Made by a program: the position numbers and the translations under genes. 64,000 nucleotides of DNA, taken from the NCBI GenBank assembly GCA_003222305.1, contig QHVQ01000010.1, positions 369 to 64,368 of the forward strand, given 5' to 3'. Within the stretch, counting starts at the first letter, position 1. Each line of letters opens with the position of its first letter. Origin of the DNA: Acidobacteriota bacterium (GTDB lineage Bacteria; Acidobacteriota; Polarisedimenticolia; Gp22-AA2; AA152). Below are positions 17,727 through 26,769 of this stretch, one piece after another. The notes under the pieces were generated by a model, which was not told the origin of the DNA, made no database searches, and was given only the letters and a program-made list of their open reading frames with translations.

Positions 17727-18854
17727 GTGTTCTTCCAGGTGACCGCACGGGACCCGGGAAGCCGCGCTCGCCGCGGACTGCTCCAGACGCGCCACGGCAG
17801 CGTACTCACCCCCGCGTTCATGCCCGTGGGGACCCAGGCCAGCGTGAAGGCCGTGGAGCCCAGGGATTTGCGGGATCTAGGCTACCGGCTGATTCTGGCC
17901 AACGCCTATCATCTATTATTACGTCCCGGAAACAAGACCATCGCGAAGCTCGGAGGGCTCCACCGGTTCATGGGATGGGACGGCCCGATCCTGACTGATA
18001 GTGGGGGATTCCAGGTGTTCAGCCTCGCCGATCTACGCAACCTGGACGACGACGGCGTGGACTTCGCCAGCCATCTGGATGGCAGCCGCTGGCGGCTGAC
18101 CCCCGAGCTGAGCGTCGAGATCCAGCGGGACCTTGGCTCGGATCTGGTCATGCCTCTGGACGACTGTCCCCCGTACCCGGCCGAGCGGCAACGTATCGAG
18201 GAGTCCGTGCGGCGCACAAGTGCCTGGGCGCGTCGCAGCCTGGAGGTGCCGCTGGGCGAGGGGCAGCGCCGCTTCGGCATCCTCCAGGGAGGCGTGCACC
18301 CGGACCTGCGAGCCCGCAGCGCCTCCGAAATCGCGTCCCTCCCGTTCGACGGTTATGCCCTAGGGGGCCTCGGAGTGGGCGAACCGCCCTCTCTGGCCGT
18401 GGCGATGAGCCATGCCGTGGTCCCTTCGCTTCCCCCCGACGCGCCCCGTTACGTGATGGGCATCGGCGTGCCTCGGCAGATGCTTGACCTCATCACTGAA
18501 GGGATCGACCTGTTCGACTGCGTGTTGCCCACCCGGAACGCCCGCAACGGCACGCTCTTCACCTCGCGCGGGAAGATGAACATCAAGCGCAACGAATACC
18601 GCGAGGACTCCCGGCCCGTGGATTTGGATTGCGCCTGCGACGCCTGCCGGAATTTCTCCCGCGCCTACCTGAGGCACCTCTACATGAGCCGTGAAATCCT
18701 CGCCGCACGCCTGAACACTCTGCACAATCTGACCTACTTTGCCTCCCTGATGCGCCGTGCCCGAGAGGCCATCTCCGACGGTAAGCTGGAGGAACTCCGA
18801 AGGCGGCCGGAATTTGATGACCAGGCAGCGTCTTCAGTCGTACCGACCGATTGA
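17727..18854 (+). CDS. tgt: tRNA-guanine(34) transglycosylase
   Basis: RARRG...TPAFMPVGT, LTDSGGFQVFS, YALGGL.VGE, zinc site CACDAC...H. I prefer GTG 17727 because it aligns with the E. coli Tgt N-terminus. ATG 17688 (20-nt overlap with queA) is the alternative. Confidence 0.85.
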   Translation: MFFQVTARDPGSRARRGLLQTRHGSVLTPAFMPVGTQASVKAVEPRDLRDLGYRLILANAYHLLLRPGNKTIAKLGGLHRFMGWDGPILTDSGGFQVFSLADLRNLDDDGVDFASHLDGSRWRLTPELSVEIQRDLGSDLVMPLDDCPPYPAERQRIEESVRRTSAWARRSLEVPLGEGQRRFGILQGGVHPDLRARSASEIASLPFDGYALGGLGVGEPPSLAVAMSHAVVPSLPPDAPRYVMGIGVPRQMLDLITEGIDLFDCVLPTRNARNGTLFTSRGKMNIKRNEYREDSRPVDLDCACDACRNFSRAYLRHLYMSREILAARLNTLHNLTYFASLMRRAREAISDGKLEELRRRPEFDDQAASSVVPTD

Positions 18855-18934
18855 AGCGCCGAAATCGGCCATGCTACGATGGCGGGGCCGCGCGGGTTCC
18901 GCGCCGCCACGTTTCGTCCATCCTCGAGGATCCC

Positions 18935-19978
18935 ATGCGCGCACAATCGGGTCATTTCCCTGTTCTGGTTCTCCTGCTGCTTTCCACAGTCAGCGGAGGC
19001 TGTTCGGCTTCGGAGGGGAAGCGTGCGGCCGCCGAAGGGGCGCGGCTGTATGACCAGGGGAACTACGATGCGGCCCTCCCGCTCCTGGAAAAGGCCGTGG
19101 AGAGCGTGCGGGACGACGGCCAGCTCTATTACCAGCTGGCCTACATCCACGAACTGAAGGGCGACTCCGAGAAGGCCAAGGCGTTGCGGGAGAAGGCGGA
19201 GCCTCTGCTGGTCCGGCTCGCGGCGTCGACCAAGGGCAGCCTGGAAGACTCCTACTACCTGACGGCCCTCTACCGAAGCCAGCAGCGCACGGAGGAGATG
19301 AAACAGGCTGCCGAAGCGGGCTTGAGAAAATTCGCTCAGAGGATCGTTCTCTCCGGGGAGGATTTGTTCCGTCTGGGACGGCTCTATGAGTTCGCAGGAA
19401 ACGGGCCGCTCAGCGCCACCACCTACCGGCAGGCGGTGGGGCTGATGGAGAAGGAGAAAAGCCCCAATCCTATTCTGTTCGCACTGGCGCTGAGCTCCGA
19501 CGCCGACACGGACCTCCAGTCTCGCCGCTTTGAGGACGCGGCGGGTAAATTGGAGAGAGCCGAATCGCTCAACCCGAAGAGCCCGCCGGCCGCTTTTCGG
19601 TTGGCCCTGGTGGAGCTGGCGGCGGCGCGGTACCCCCAGGCCCGTAGTAGATTCGGCCAAGTGCAGGACGAGGCCACCATTTCGGAAGCGCAATACGGCG
19701 CCGACGTGGCCCGCCATCTGGAGAGTTGCGGCGGAAGAGTGGAGAAGACCCCGGAGGGGAAGCTTTTCGCGGAGTTGGACAAGACCGCGCTGGAGGCATC
19801 GCTCGCGGACGCCGCCCGGTCTTACCGCGAGGCGAAGGACAAGGAGGCGGGAGGCTCCGAAAAGCTCAGGGAAGCGGAGCGGACCTTCTTCAGCCTGTCG
19901 GCGGAATGGATGCTGAGGGGGAATTCCCTGCGGGACACCTCCCTGGGTGGGAATTACGCCGATCTCATCCGTCGATGA
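18935..19978 (+). CDS. TPR-like repeat lipoprotein, function unknown
   Basis: ATG 18935 has GAGGA upstream. Lipobox LLLLSTVSGG-C, followed by helical-repeat sequence. Confidence 0.6.
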   Translation: MRAQSGHFPVLVLLLLSTVSGGCSASEGKRAAAEGARLYDQGNYDAALPLLEKAVESVRDDGQLYYQLAYIHELKGDSEKAKALREKAEPLLVRLAASTKGSLEDSYYLTALYRSQQRTEEMKQAAEAGLRKFAQRIVLSGEDLFRLGRLYEFAGNGPLSATTYRQAVGLMEKEKSPNPILFALALSSDADTDLQSRRFEDAAGKLERAESLNPKSPPAAFRLALVELAAARYPQARSRFGQVQDEATISEAQYGADVARHLESCGGRVEKTPEGKLFAELDKTALEASLADAARSYREAKDKEAGGSEKLREAERTFFSLSAEWMLRGNSLRDTSLGGNYADLIRR

Positions 19979-20718
19979 CCTCGATTCTCTTTCTGGGAGA
20001 CGCCCACCTGCGGGAAAACGATCCCGAGCTCGAGTCCTTCCTCCGCTTTCTCAGGGCTCTTCCTTCCGGGGCCTCCGCCCTCTACCTGCTGGGGGATCTC
20101 TTCGACCTCTGGATCGGCTCCCCGGCGTTTCTATCGGAGTGTCACCACCGCGTGCTTGCGGCACTGCGGGCGCTGAAAGCCTCCGGAGTGGCGCTGAAGT
20201 ACGTGGAAGGGAACCGGGACTACCGCCTAAAAAGCCTTTACGAGTCAGACCCGTTCCAGGAAGTGGCTGAGGAGGGGACGGACGTGGCGTTCGGCGGCCG
20301 GAGCATCCACCTGGTCCACGGAGACCTGGTGAACCCGGAGGACCGTCCTTATCGCTTTTGGAGGCGGGTGGCGAAGAGCCCCGTCCTCCTGGGAGCTACA
20401 CGAATCCTTCCCGGGAGGACCGCGAGATCCCTGGCGCGTTGGATGGAGCGGGGCATTGCCCGGACCAACCTTCGCCATCGGGCGCGATTCCCTGAGGAGC
20501 ATTGTCGGCGCTTGGCTCTGGCGCGTCTCTCCCAGGGGAACGACACGCTGGTTTTGGGTCACTTCCACGAGGAGTCGCGCCGCGAATACCAGGGGCCTTC
20601 AGGAAAAATCGAGGTCTTTGTCCTTCCCGCCTGGAGGATCCAGGGGCGGTATCTTCGAATCCACGAGGACGGCCAGGCGGAATTCGAGGGCTACACCCAG
20701 GAAGGGGCTTCCACGTGA
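19975..20718 (+). CDS. lpxH: UDP-2,3-diacylglucosamine diphosphatase
   Basis: Collinear with E. coli LpxH: ILFLGDAHL, LYLLGDLFDLWIG, VEGNRDY, LVHGD, VLGHFH. ATGA overlap with the upstream gene. Confidence 0.8.
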   Translation: MTSILFLGDAHLRENDPELESFLRFLRALPSGASALYLLGDLFDLWIGSPAFLSECHHRVLAALRALKASGVALKYVEGNRDYRLKSLYESDPFQEVAEEGTDVAFGGRSIHLVHGDLVNPEDRPYRFWRRVAKSPVLLGATRILPGRTARSLARWMERGIARTNLRHRARFPEEHCRRLALARLSQGNDTLVLGHFHEESRREYQGPSGKIEVFVLPAWRIQGRYLRIHEDGQAEFEGYTQEGAST

Positions 20719-21116
20719 TCCTGGGCCTCGGAATGGATCTTTGCGAAATCGATCGGATCCAACGGCTCCTGGAGAACGACCGGGACAGGTTTGTACGCCG
20801 GATCTACACGCAAGGGGAAGCTGCCTACTGCGCGGCGCGACGGAAACCGCCAGCCCACTTTGCGGCGCGCTTTGCGGCCAAGGAAGCCTTTCTCAAGGCG
20901 CTGGGAAAGGGATGGCGTCTGGGATGGACCCAGGTGGAAGTGGTTCGGGGTTCCTCGGGGAAGCCGGATCTCTTCCTGACCGGCAAGGCAGCCGAGGCCG
21001 CCGCGCGAAGGGGAGTCCGCCGGATCCACCTCGCCCTCACGCACACCCGCGAAACGGCGGCGGCGGTGGTGGTGTTGGAAGGGGAGTCCGACGGCGAAGG
21101 GGAGAGAGGCGATTGA
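20715..21116 (+). CDS. acpS: holo-[acyl-carrier-protein] synthase
   Basis: ILGLGMDLCEIDRI, FAAKEAFLKALG, SLTHT-like LALTHTRE. GTG start in a GTGA overlap with lpxH. Confidence 0.85.
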   Translation: MILGLGMDLCEIDRIQRLLENDRDRFVRRIYTQGEAAYCAARRKPPAHFAARFAAKEAFLKALGKGWRLGWTQVEVVRGSSGKPDLFLTGKAAEAAARRGVRRIHLALTHTRETAAAVVVLEGESDGEGERGD

Positions 21117-22033
21117 CGCACGAGCACCAACACGGGGGAGCCTGCTTGCAGGAGAAGGACCGCAAGCGGCTTCGGTGGGCCGCCGTCCTGACCGGGATAT
21201 TTCTGGTAGTGGAGGCGCTGGGAGGATACCTGTCCCACAGCCTCTCTCTGCTCTCCGATTCGGGCCACATGATGACCGACCTGCTGGCGATGCTTTTGAG
21301 CCTGCTCGCCGTGACGGTGGCGTCCCGGCCGGCCACCGATCGGAAGACTTATGGCTTTTACCGGTTGGAGATTCTCACGGCCCTGGTCAACGGGACCGTT
21401 CTGGTTCTGGTTTCCCTCTACCTTCTTTACGAGGCGGCGCGGCGCCTCTTCCATCCCGAGCCGGTGGCCGCCGACCTGATGCTCTCGGTAGCGGTGCTGG
21501 GATTGCTGGCGAACTTGGCGGGAATCGCGCTCCTCTCTCCCTCTCGGAGGAATCTGAACGTGCGCGGCGTTCTGCTGCACGTGCTGGGCGATGCCTTCTC
21601 TTCCTTGGGGGTCATCGCGGGAGCGGTCGTCATGAAGCTCACCGGCTGGTTTCAGGCCGACGGAATCATCTCCCTGGTGATCGGCTTCGTAATTCTCTTG
21701 GGAGCGGTCCGCCTCATGCGGGAGGCTTGCGACATCCTCCTGGAAGCCGCTCCCTCGGGCATCGTCCTGCCGGACCTTAGCCAGGCCATGCAGTCCGTGG
21801 AAGGAGTCGTGGACATCCATGATCTCCACGTCTGGAGCATCACCAGCGGCATGCCGGCTCTGAGCGGCCACGTCGTGGTGAAAGACGGGTTTCTCTCAAA
21901 TTCCGACCATCTGCTCAACGGGATTAAGCGAGTCCTGGAGGAGCGCTTCGGAATCTTTCACACCACGCTGCAGCTGGAGTCGGAGCGCTATGTGGAGGTA
22001 GGGGATATCCACCTGTCGGGCAAGGATTCTTGA
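21113..22033 (+). CDS. cation diffusion facilitator (CzcD/ZitB-type) metal efflux transporter
   Basis: His-rich N-terminus, HSLSLLSDSGHMMTD and LHVLGDAFSS (HxxxD pairs), C-terminal HDLHVW domain. TTG 21113 start (TTGA overlap with acpS, GGAGAGAGG upstream). No in-frame ATG occurs before TM2. Confidence 0.8.
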   Translation: MTHEHQHGGACLQEKDRKRLRWAAVLTGIFLVVEALGGYLSHSLSLLSDSGHMMTDLLAMLLSLLAVTVASRPATDRKTYGFYRLEILTALVNGTVLVLVSLYLLYEAARRLFHPEPVAADLMLSVAVLGLLANLAGIALLSPSRRNLNVRGVLLHVLGDAFSSLGVIAGAVVMKLTGWFQADGIISLVIGFVILLGAVRLMREACDILLEAAPSGIVLPDLSQAMQSVEGVVDIHDLHVWSITSGMPALSGHVVVKDGFLSNSDHLLNGIKRVLEERFGIFHTTLQLESERYVEVGDIHLSGKDS

Positions 22034-22037
22034 GGTG

Positions 22038-23228
22038 CTAGGCTCCCTTCAGGACGATGATGCCGCGATCCTTCAAGCGCTTCAGGACTCGGAGGGCATC
22101 CACCTCCCGCAGGGGAGAGATGCTGACAATGGACTTCAAATCCCAGCTGCCGTTGACGCGGCTCACCAGAAACACCTCCTCGGGGGTGAGGGTCTCGTCG
22201 GTGAGCTGTTCCAGGGGACGCTTCAGATAGGGAATCTGCTTCGGGGGTAGGACGCTCCGGTAGAGGCGGTCGATGAGATTCACCTCGGCCACCTTCATCA
22301 GATCCCCGACTTCCGAAGGCTGGGGCGCCGATCCGACCAGCTGCTCCAGCAGCGCCAGCGCCTCCTCCAGAGCCCCTGCCCGTACCAGGTCTTTGGCGGC
22401 CCTCAGGGCGTCCGCGGAAGGGGGCCGGGCCACCGCCGTGGCCGCCTTCTCCTGCACGGGGGCCAGGACGTGGATGAACCCCCGCTCCAGCGCCGAGAGG
22501 AGGAAATAGCACACGGTGAATTCGGGGGCATGCAGCTCCAGGCAAAGCTCCTGCAGCGTTCGCTTCCCGTCCACCAGATCGAGAGCCTTGCGGGCGAAGG
22601 CGTTGGCCATCAATTCCGCCGGCGGGGCGAGGCCGGTGCGCTCCAAGACCACCAGCTTGTGGGGAAAGGCCCGCCTTATTTTCTGCGCGAGGTCGTAACG
22701 CCGCAGGCCTTCCAGGAGGACTTCTTCGACCTTCAGGTGAAGAGAGATCGCCCCGTCGGCTTGGCTGTCCCCTTCGTGAAACTCGAAGTCTCCCTCGGCC
22801 CAGAGGAACAGGCTGTAAACGGTCTCTTCGGTCTTCCGCTTGAGGACCTGCGCTACCACCTCCTCGGGCACCAGCTTCTTCTCCACCAGAACGCGTCCCA
22901 ACATGACGTGGGTCTTCTCCTGAGTGTCAAAGGCCTCCTTGAGCTGCGCCTCCGTGACGAGCTGCTGGCTCACCATGAACTGGCCCAGAAACTCCCGGGG
23001 GTCGTTGGAGGCGGAGGACACAACGACCCCTTCGCGCAGAAAGAGCCGCTTCACCAGAGTGTCGTGTCGCAAACTCAGGGTCCCGGTCTTCCGCGCCTGG
23101 CTCACCCACTGGAGCAGGTCGGGAAAGGCCATGGAGACGAGAGTGCCGGAAAGTCCGGGCTTGGGGGGCAATGGGTCTCCGGGAACTGGAAATGAGCCAA
23201 GCGCTGGCTTGCGGAGGGAATATAGCAT
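22038..23228 (-). CDS. DUF4388 (PatA-N-like) domain protein
   Basis: GTLVSMAFPDLLQWVSQARKTGTLSL...LFLWAEGDFEF matches the DUF4388 pattern. Trimmed to ATG 23228. The rest of the 691-aa ORF overlaps the divergent methyltransferase and carries no homology. Confidence 0.65.
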   Translation of the reverse strand: MLYSLRKPALGSFPVPGDPLPPKPGLSGTLVSMAFPDLLQWVSQARKTGTLSLRHDTLVKRLFLREGVVVSSASNDPREFLGQFMVSQQLVTEAQLKEAFDTQEKTHVMLGRVLVEKKLVPEEVVAQVLKRKTEETVYSLFLWAEGDFEFHEGDSQADGAISLHLKVEEVLLEGLRRYDLAQKIRRAFPHKLVVLERTGLAPPAELMANAFARKALDLVDGKRTLQELCLELHAPEFTVCYFLLSALERGFIHVLAPVQEKAATAVARPPSADALRAAKDLVRAGALEEALALLEQLVGSAPQPSEVGDLMKVAEVNLIDRLYRSVLPPKQIPYLKRPLEQLTDETLTPEEVFLVSRVNGSWDLKSIVSISPLREVDALRVLKRLKDRGIIVLKGA

Positions 23229-23426
23229 TGGGATCCGAGACCTTTCAACCCTTCCGGCGGGCGAATCGGACTGCAAGAGTAGAGATCGCCTCGCGCTCCG
23301 GCAGAACCCCCGGCTCTGTCCTTCAGGCTGCGGCACGCGCTTCCCGGAGGGGCGCTTCTCTTCTATAATCTCGCGCCTCTCGTGCCGGGATGAAGATTCC
23401 CATACCGAGGGCTCAGGGAGACGAAG

Positions 23427-24359
23427 GTGAAGGAGAAGGCCCAGGATTTTCTTGTCTGTCCGGCGTGCTCCGGCCCCCTCCGCCTGGTTACCCGCGGGGC
23501 GCCGGAGAACGAAGTGATGGAGGGTGAGTATTCGTGTGAATGCGGAAAGCGCTATCCCGTGCACAACGGAATTGGGCAGTTCGTTCCGGAGGGGTACACT
23601 GCTAGTTTCTCGTTTCAGTGGCTGGCGTCGCCGGGCACTCCTGAAAGCGAGGCACTGGCTCGAACGGTCAAGCAGGATTTCCTGGACAGGATCGGCCTGG
23701 ATCCGGAGAGTCTGAGGGGGCGGACAGTACTCGACGCAGGGTGCGGCCGGGGAACGCTGACGCTCCTCTTGGCCGAGCATGGCGCCGAAGTGATCGGGAT
23801 AGATCTGAGTGATGGGGTAGAAGTGGCGGCGCGGAGTGCCCGCGGGAAGCCCGGGATCAACATCATCCGCGCGGACATCCTGAATCCTCCCTTGGCCACG
23901 GAAAGCTTCGATGCCATTCTCAGCTTGGGAGTGCTCCACCATACCCGGGACTGCAAAGCCGCCTTTCTGAGGCTTGCGGGCCTGCTCCGTCCCGGCGGCG
24001 TCATTGCCATCTGGGTCTACTCGGCCTACAGCACCTACAGAAACAAAGCATCCGACCTTCTCCGGCGATTCACGACGCGGATGCCGCCCCGCCTGCTCTA
24101 TGGGCTCTGCCACGCGGCGATTCCTTTGAACGCCCTTCAGAGCATTCCCGTGCTCGGTCTCCCGTTCCGAATCATTCCCGTGGCGGGGGAGGGCCCCTGG
24201 CGCTGGAAAGTTCTGGGTACCTTCGACTGGTATTCACCCACCTACCAGTCCAAGCATACCTTTCCGGAGGTGTTCGGTTGGTTCGAGGAAGCGGGGCTGG
24301 AGCAGATCCGGGTCCATGACTGGAACATCTGCGTCAGCGGAAAGCGTCCTGTTCGCTGA
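23427..24359 (+). CDS. class I SAM-dependent methyltransferase with N-terminal Trm112-like zinc ribbon
   Basis: LVCPACSG...YSCECG...PV.NGI..F, then VLDAGCGRGT motif I, ILSLGVLHH, LRPGG. GTG start with GGAG upstream. Confidence 0.75.
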   Translation: MKEKAQDFLVCPACSGPLRLVTRGAPENEVMEGEYSCECGKRYPVHNGIGQFVPEGYTASFSFQWLASPGTPESEALARTVKQDFLDRIGLDPESLRGRTVLDAGCGRGTLTLLLAEHGAEVIGIDLSDGVEVAARSARGKPGINIIRADILNPPLATESFDAILSLGVLHHTRDCKAAFLRLAGLLRPGGVIAIWVYSAYSTYRNKASDLLRRFTTRMPPRLLYGLCHAAIPLNALQSIPVLGLPFRIIPVAGEGPWRWKVLGTFDWYSPTYQSKHTFPEVFGWFEEAGLEQIRVHDWNICVSGKRPVR

Positions 24360-24520
24360 CCGCACTTCTCCGGGAAGCGTGGATTTGCAAACCGGTAGCC
24401 GGGCTCCTCGGCTCCTCCCCCCTGCCGGCCTCTGCGCCGATCCCGACCCTAGGCGCAAGCACGACCAGCGGTTCGACCGCAGCGCCCGGCAGGGGAATGG
24501 CGGGGAGCCCGCGGACTGCT

Positions 24521-25540
24521 TCAGAGCCCCGAGGATTGCCCGGCAGTGTGAGCAGAGAGAAGCGGGCGTCGGGCTCTGGCAACCACACCGTTCTCGCCGT
24601 ACTCGCACCAGATGGCCTCCGCTCCCAGCCGCTGCAGCGCCGCGCGTACGGCTCGGCGCGAACGCGCGTGGCAGTACCAGCAGGTGAGGGAGTCGTGGGT
24701 GTCCAGGAGGGCCCATTCCCGTTGCAGGTCGTCGCTGAGCTGTGGAAGGGCATGGTAGTAGCAAAGCACCGGAGACACCCGGCTCAGGACTATCTGGGCC
24801 GGTCGGAAGCGGCGCACCTTTTCGTGCAGGGGGAGCCATCGGTCGACTAACCTCTCGATGGCGGGCAATCCCTTCGCCGGCGGCAGGCGCCGGTAGTAGT
24901 AGCGGAGAAGGAACGCGGATTTCGTGTACCAGCTCAGGCTGTGGGCGTAATGGTCCACCACGAGCGCTCCCCCCGGGCGGACTTGGCTGTAGAGGCTCGC
25001 AAGGGTGGTCTCCGGAGAGGGGGTGTGCTGGATCACCCCCAGACAGAAGACCAGATCGAAGGACTCGGGCAGGAACGGCAGCTGAAGGATATCGGCCTGG
25101 GCGATGCGATGGGTCCGGCTCTGAGGAAGGTTTTCCTGATTGGCCTCGACGGCCTCGCTCAGGTCCACGGAAGTCACTCGTGCGCCTTGCTGCAGGAGGA
25201 CCTCGGTGAAACGGCCGGCACCGCACCCGCACTCGAGGAGATCGAGTCCCGCCAGCCGGGACCAGAGCTCCTCCCCGATGGCGCGGCGCGCGCGGTCTCT
25301 CGAGAGAGGATGGCCGGTGTACGAATCGAGCTGCGTGCGGCGGTAGCGTTTCCACTGGGCGCCAAAGGCAGTGGCATAGTGACCCGGGGAGACGAAGCGC
25401 GGAATGCCGAGGTGGAATGAGAAGGACTCCCCCTGGGCACAAGCCAGGCTCTCGGATGCCGGTTGGAGAGGAAGCTGGTGGCGCGGACAGTGCCAGGGAG
25501 GCCAGGGGGTTTCGAGCGCGCTCGCTCTGTTCATGACCAT
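24521..25540 (-). CDS. class I SAM-dependent methyltransferase, paralog of 23427..24359 with a degenerate zinc ribbon
   Basis: LLECGCGAGR motif I, VFCLGVIQHT, VRPGG. The N-terminal ribbon keeps only HCPRH...ACAQG...LGIPRFV. Trimmed to ATG 25540. Confidence 0.75.
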   Translation of the reverse strand: MVMNRASALETPWPPWHCPRHQLPLQPASESLACAQGESFSFHLGIPRFVSPGHYATAFGAQWKRYRRTQLDSYTGHPLSRDRARRAIGEELWSRLAGLDLLECGCGAGRFTEVLLQQGARVTSVDLSEAVEANQENLPQSRTHRIAQADILQLPFLPESFDLVFCLGVIQHTPSPETTLASLYSQVRPGGALVVDHYAHSLSWYTKSAFLLRYYYRRLPPAKGLPAIERLVDRWLPLHEKVRRFRPAQIVLSRVSPVLCYYHALPQLSDDLQREWALLDTHDSLTCWYCHARSRRAVRAALQRLGAEAIWCEYGENGVVARARRPLLSAHTAGQSSGL

Positions 25541-25568
25541 GCTACTTATATCCCGCGGACGGTCCGGC

Positions 25569-26735
25569 CTATGAATAGGCCGCGATTCCCGTAAGGTCCT
25601 GGCCCACGATGAGGGTGTGGACATCGTGGGTTCCCTCGTAGGTGTAAACCGATTCAATGTTGCACAGGTGCCGTCCCACCTGGTACTCGTCGGTGATGCC
25701 GTTGGCGCCCAGAATTTCTCTCCCCAGCTTGGCGCATTCGCGAGCCACGTAGCAATTGTTCATCTTGGCCATGGAGACCTGCTGAGGCGTGGCCTTGGCG
25801 GCCTCCTTCAGCCGTCCCAACTGGAGGCACAGCAGCTGGCCCTTGGTAATCTCAGTGGCCATCCAGACGAGCTTGCGCTGCTGGAGCTGGAATCCCGCCA
25901 CCGGCTTGCCGAAGACGATCCGTGTCTTGGCGTACTCCAGTGCCTCGTCGAAAACCGCCAAGGCGGATCCCATCACTCCCCAGGCGATCCCGTAGCGGGC
26001 CTGGTTCAGGCACGCGAGGGCGGCTTTGAGGCCTTCGGCCTTGGGGAGACGGTTCGAGACGGGAATGGCGCAGTCCTGGAAGAACAGCTCCGAAGTGACC
26101 GAAGCGCGCAAGGAGAACTTTCCCTCATGATCCTTGGAGCCGAATCCCGGCGTCCCCTTTTCCACCAGGAATCCCTGGACTTCGCCGTCCAGCTTCGCCC
26201 AGACCACCGCCAAGTCGGCGAGAGTGCCGTTGGTGATCCAGGCCTTGGTGCCGTTCAGAACGTACTTGTCTCCCTTCTTGACGACGTGCGTCAGCATCCC
26301 CGCGGGATTGGAACCGAAGTCGGGCTCGGTGAGGCCGAAGCAGCCGATCACTTCGCCGCGGGCCATGGCCGGCAGCCACTTCTCCTTCTGTTCCTCGGAG
26401 CCGAAAGCGTGGATCGGATACATGACGAGCCCGCCCTGAACCGAGACGAAGCTCCGCAGCCCCGAGTCACCCCGCTCCAGCTCTTGCATGATGAGTCCGT
26501 ACGCGACAGGACCCAACCCCGCGCAGCCGTACCCCTGCAAGGAGGAGCCCAGAGTCCCCAGTTCCGCCAGCGGGGGAATAAGTTCCTTGGGGAAGGTCCC
26601 CTCCCGGAAGTGCTTTTCGATGCGGGGCAGGACTTGCTCGGAGACGAACGCCCGGATTGTGTCACGGATGAGACGTTCCTCCTCGCTCAGCAGGCCGTCA
26701 ATCGCGTAGTAATCAAGGGCTTTGAAAGGCTTCAT
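25569..26735 (-). CDS. gcdH: glutaryl-CoA dehydrogenase-like acyl-CoA dehydrogenase
   Basis: Full ACAD fold: GCFGLTEPDFGSNP, WITNG, YTYEGTHDVHTLIVG. The overall pattern is typical of GCDH. Confidence 0.8.
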   Translation of the reverse strand: MKPFKALDYYAIDGLLSEEERLIRDTIRAFVSEQVLPRIEKHFREGTFPKELIPPLAELGTLGSSLQGYGCAGLGPVAYGLIMQELERGDSGLRSFVSVQGGLVMYPIHAFGSEEQKEKWLPAMARGEVIGCFGLTEPDFGSNPAGMLTHVVKKGDKYVLNGTKAWITNGTLADLAVVWAKLDGEVQGFLVEKGTPGFGSKDHEGKFSLRASVTSELFFQDCAIPVSNRLPKAEGLKAALACLNQARYGIAWGVMGSALAVFDEALEYAKTRIVFGKPVAGFQLQQRKLVWMATEITKGQLLCLQLGRLKEAAKATPQQVSMAKMNNCYVARECAKLGREILGANGITDEYQVGRHLCNIESVYTYEGTHDVHTLIVGQDLTGIAAYS

Positions 26736-26769
26736 GGATCTCCTGTGAGAAGAGGTTCCGGAGTGAAGT

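Noticed and set aside
17727-18854. tgt as a DpdA-like DNA transglycosylase (7-deazaguanine DNA modification system)
   Set aside because: The protein shows the canonical bacterial tRNA Tgt motifs and zinc site. It is preceded by queA, and no dpdB-K-like helicase or ATPase genes are present.
23229-24113. N-terminal 295-codon extension of the DUF4388 ORF
   Set aside because: It overlaps the divergent methyltransferase gene and contains no domain. The DUF4388 signature starts about 30 aa after ATG 23228.
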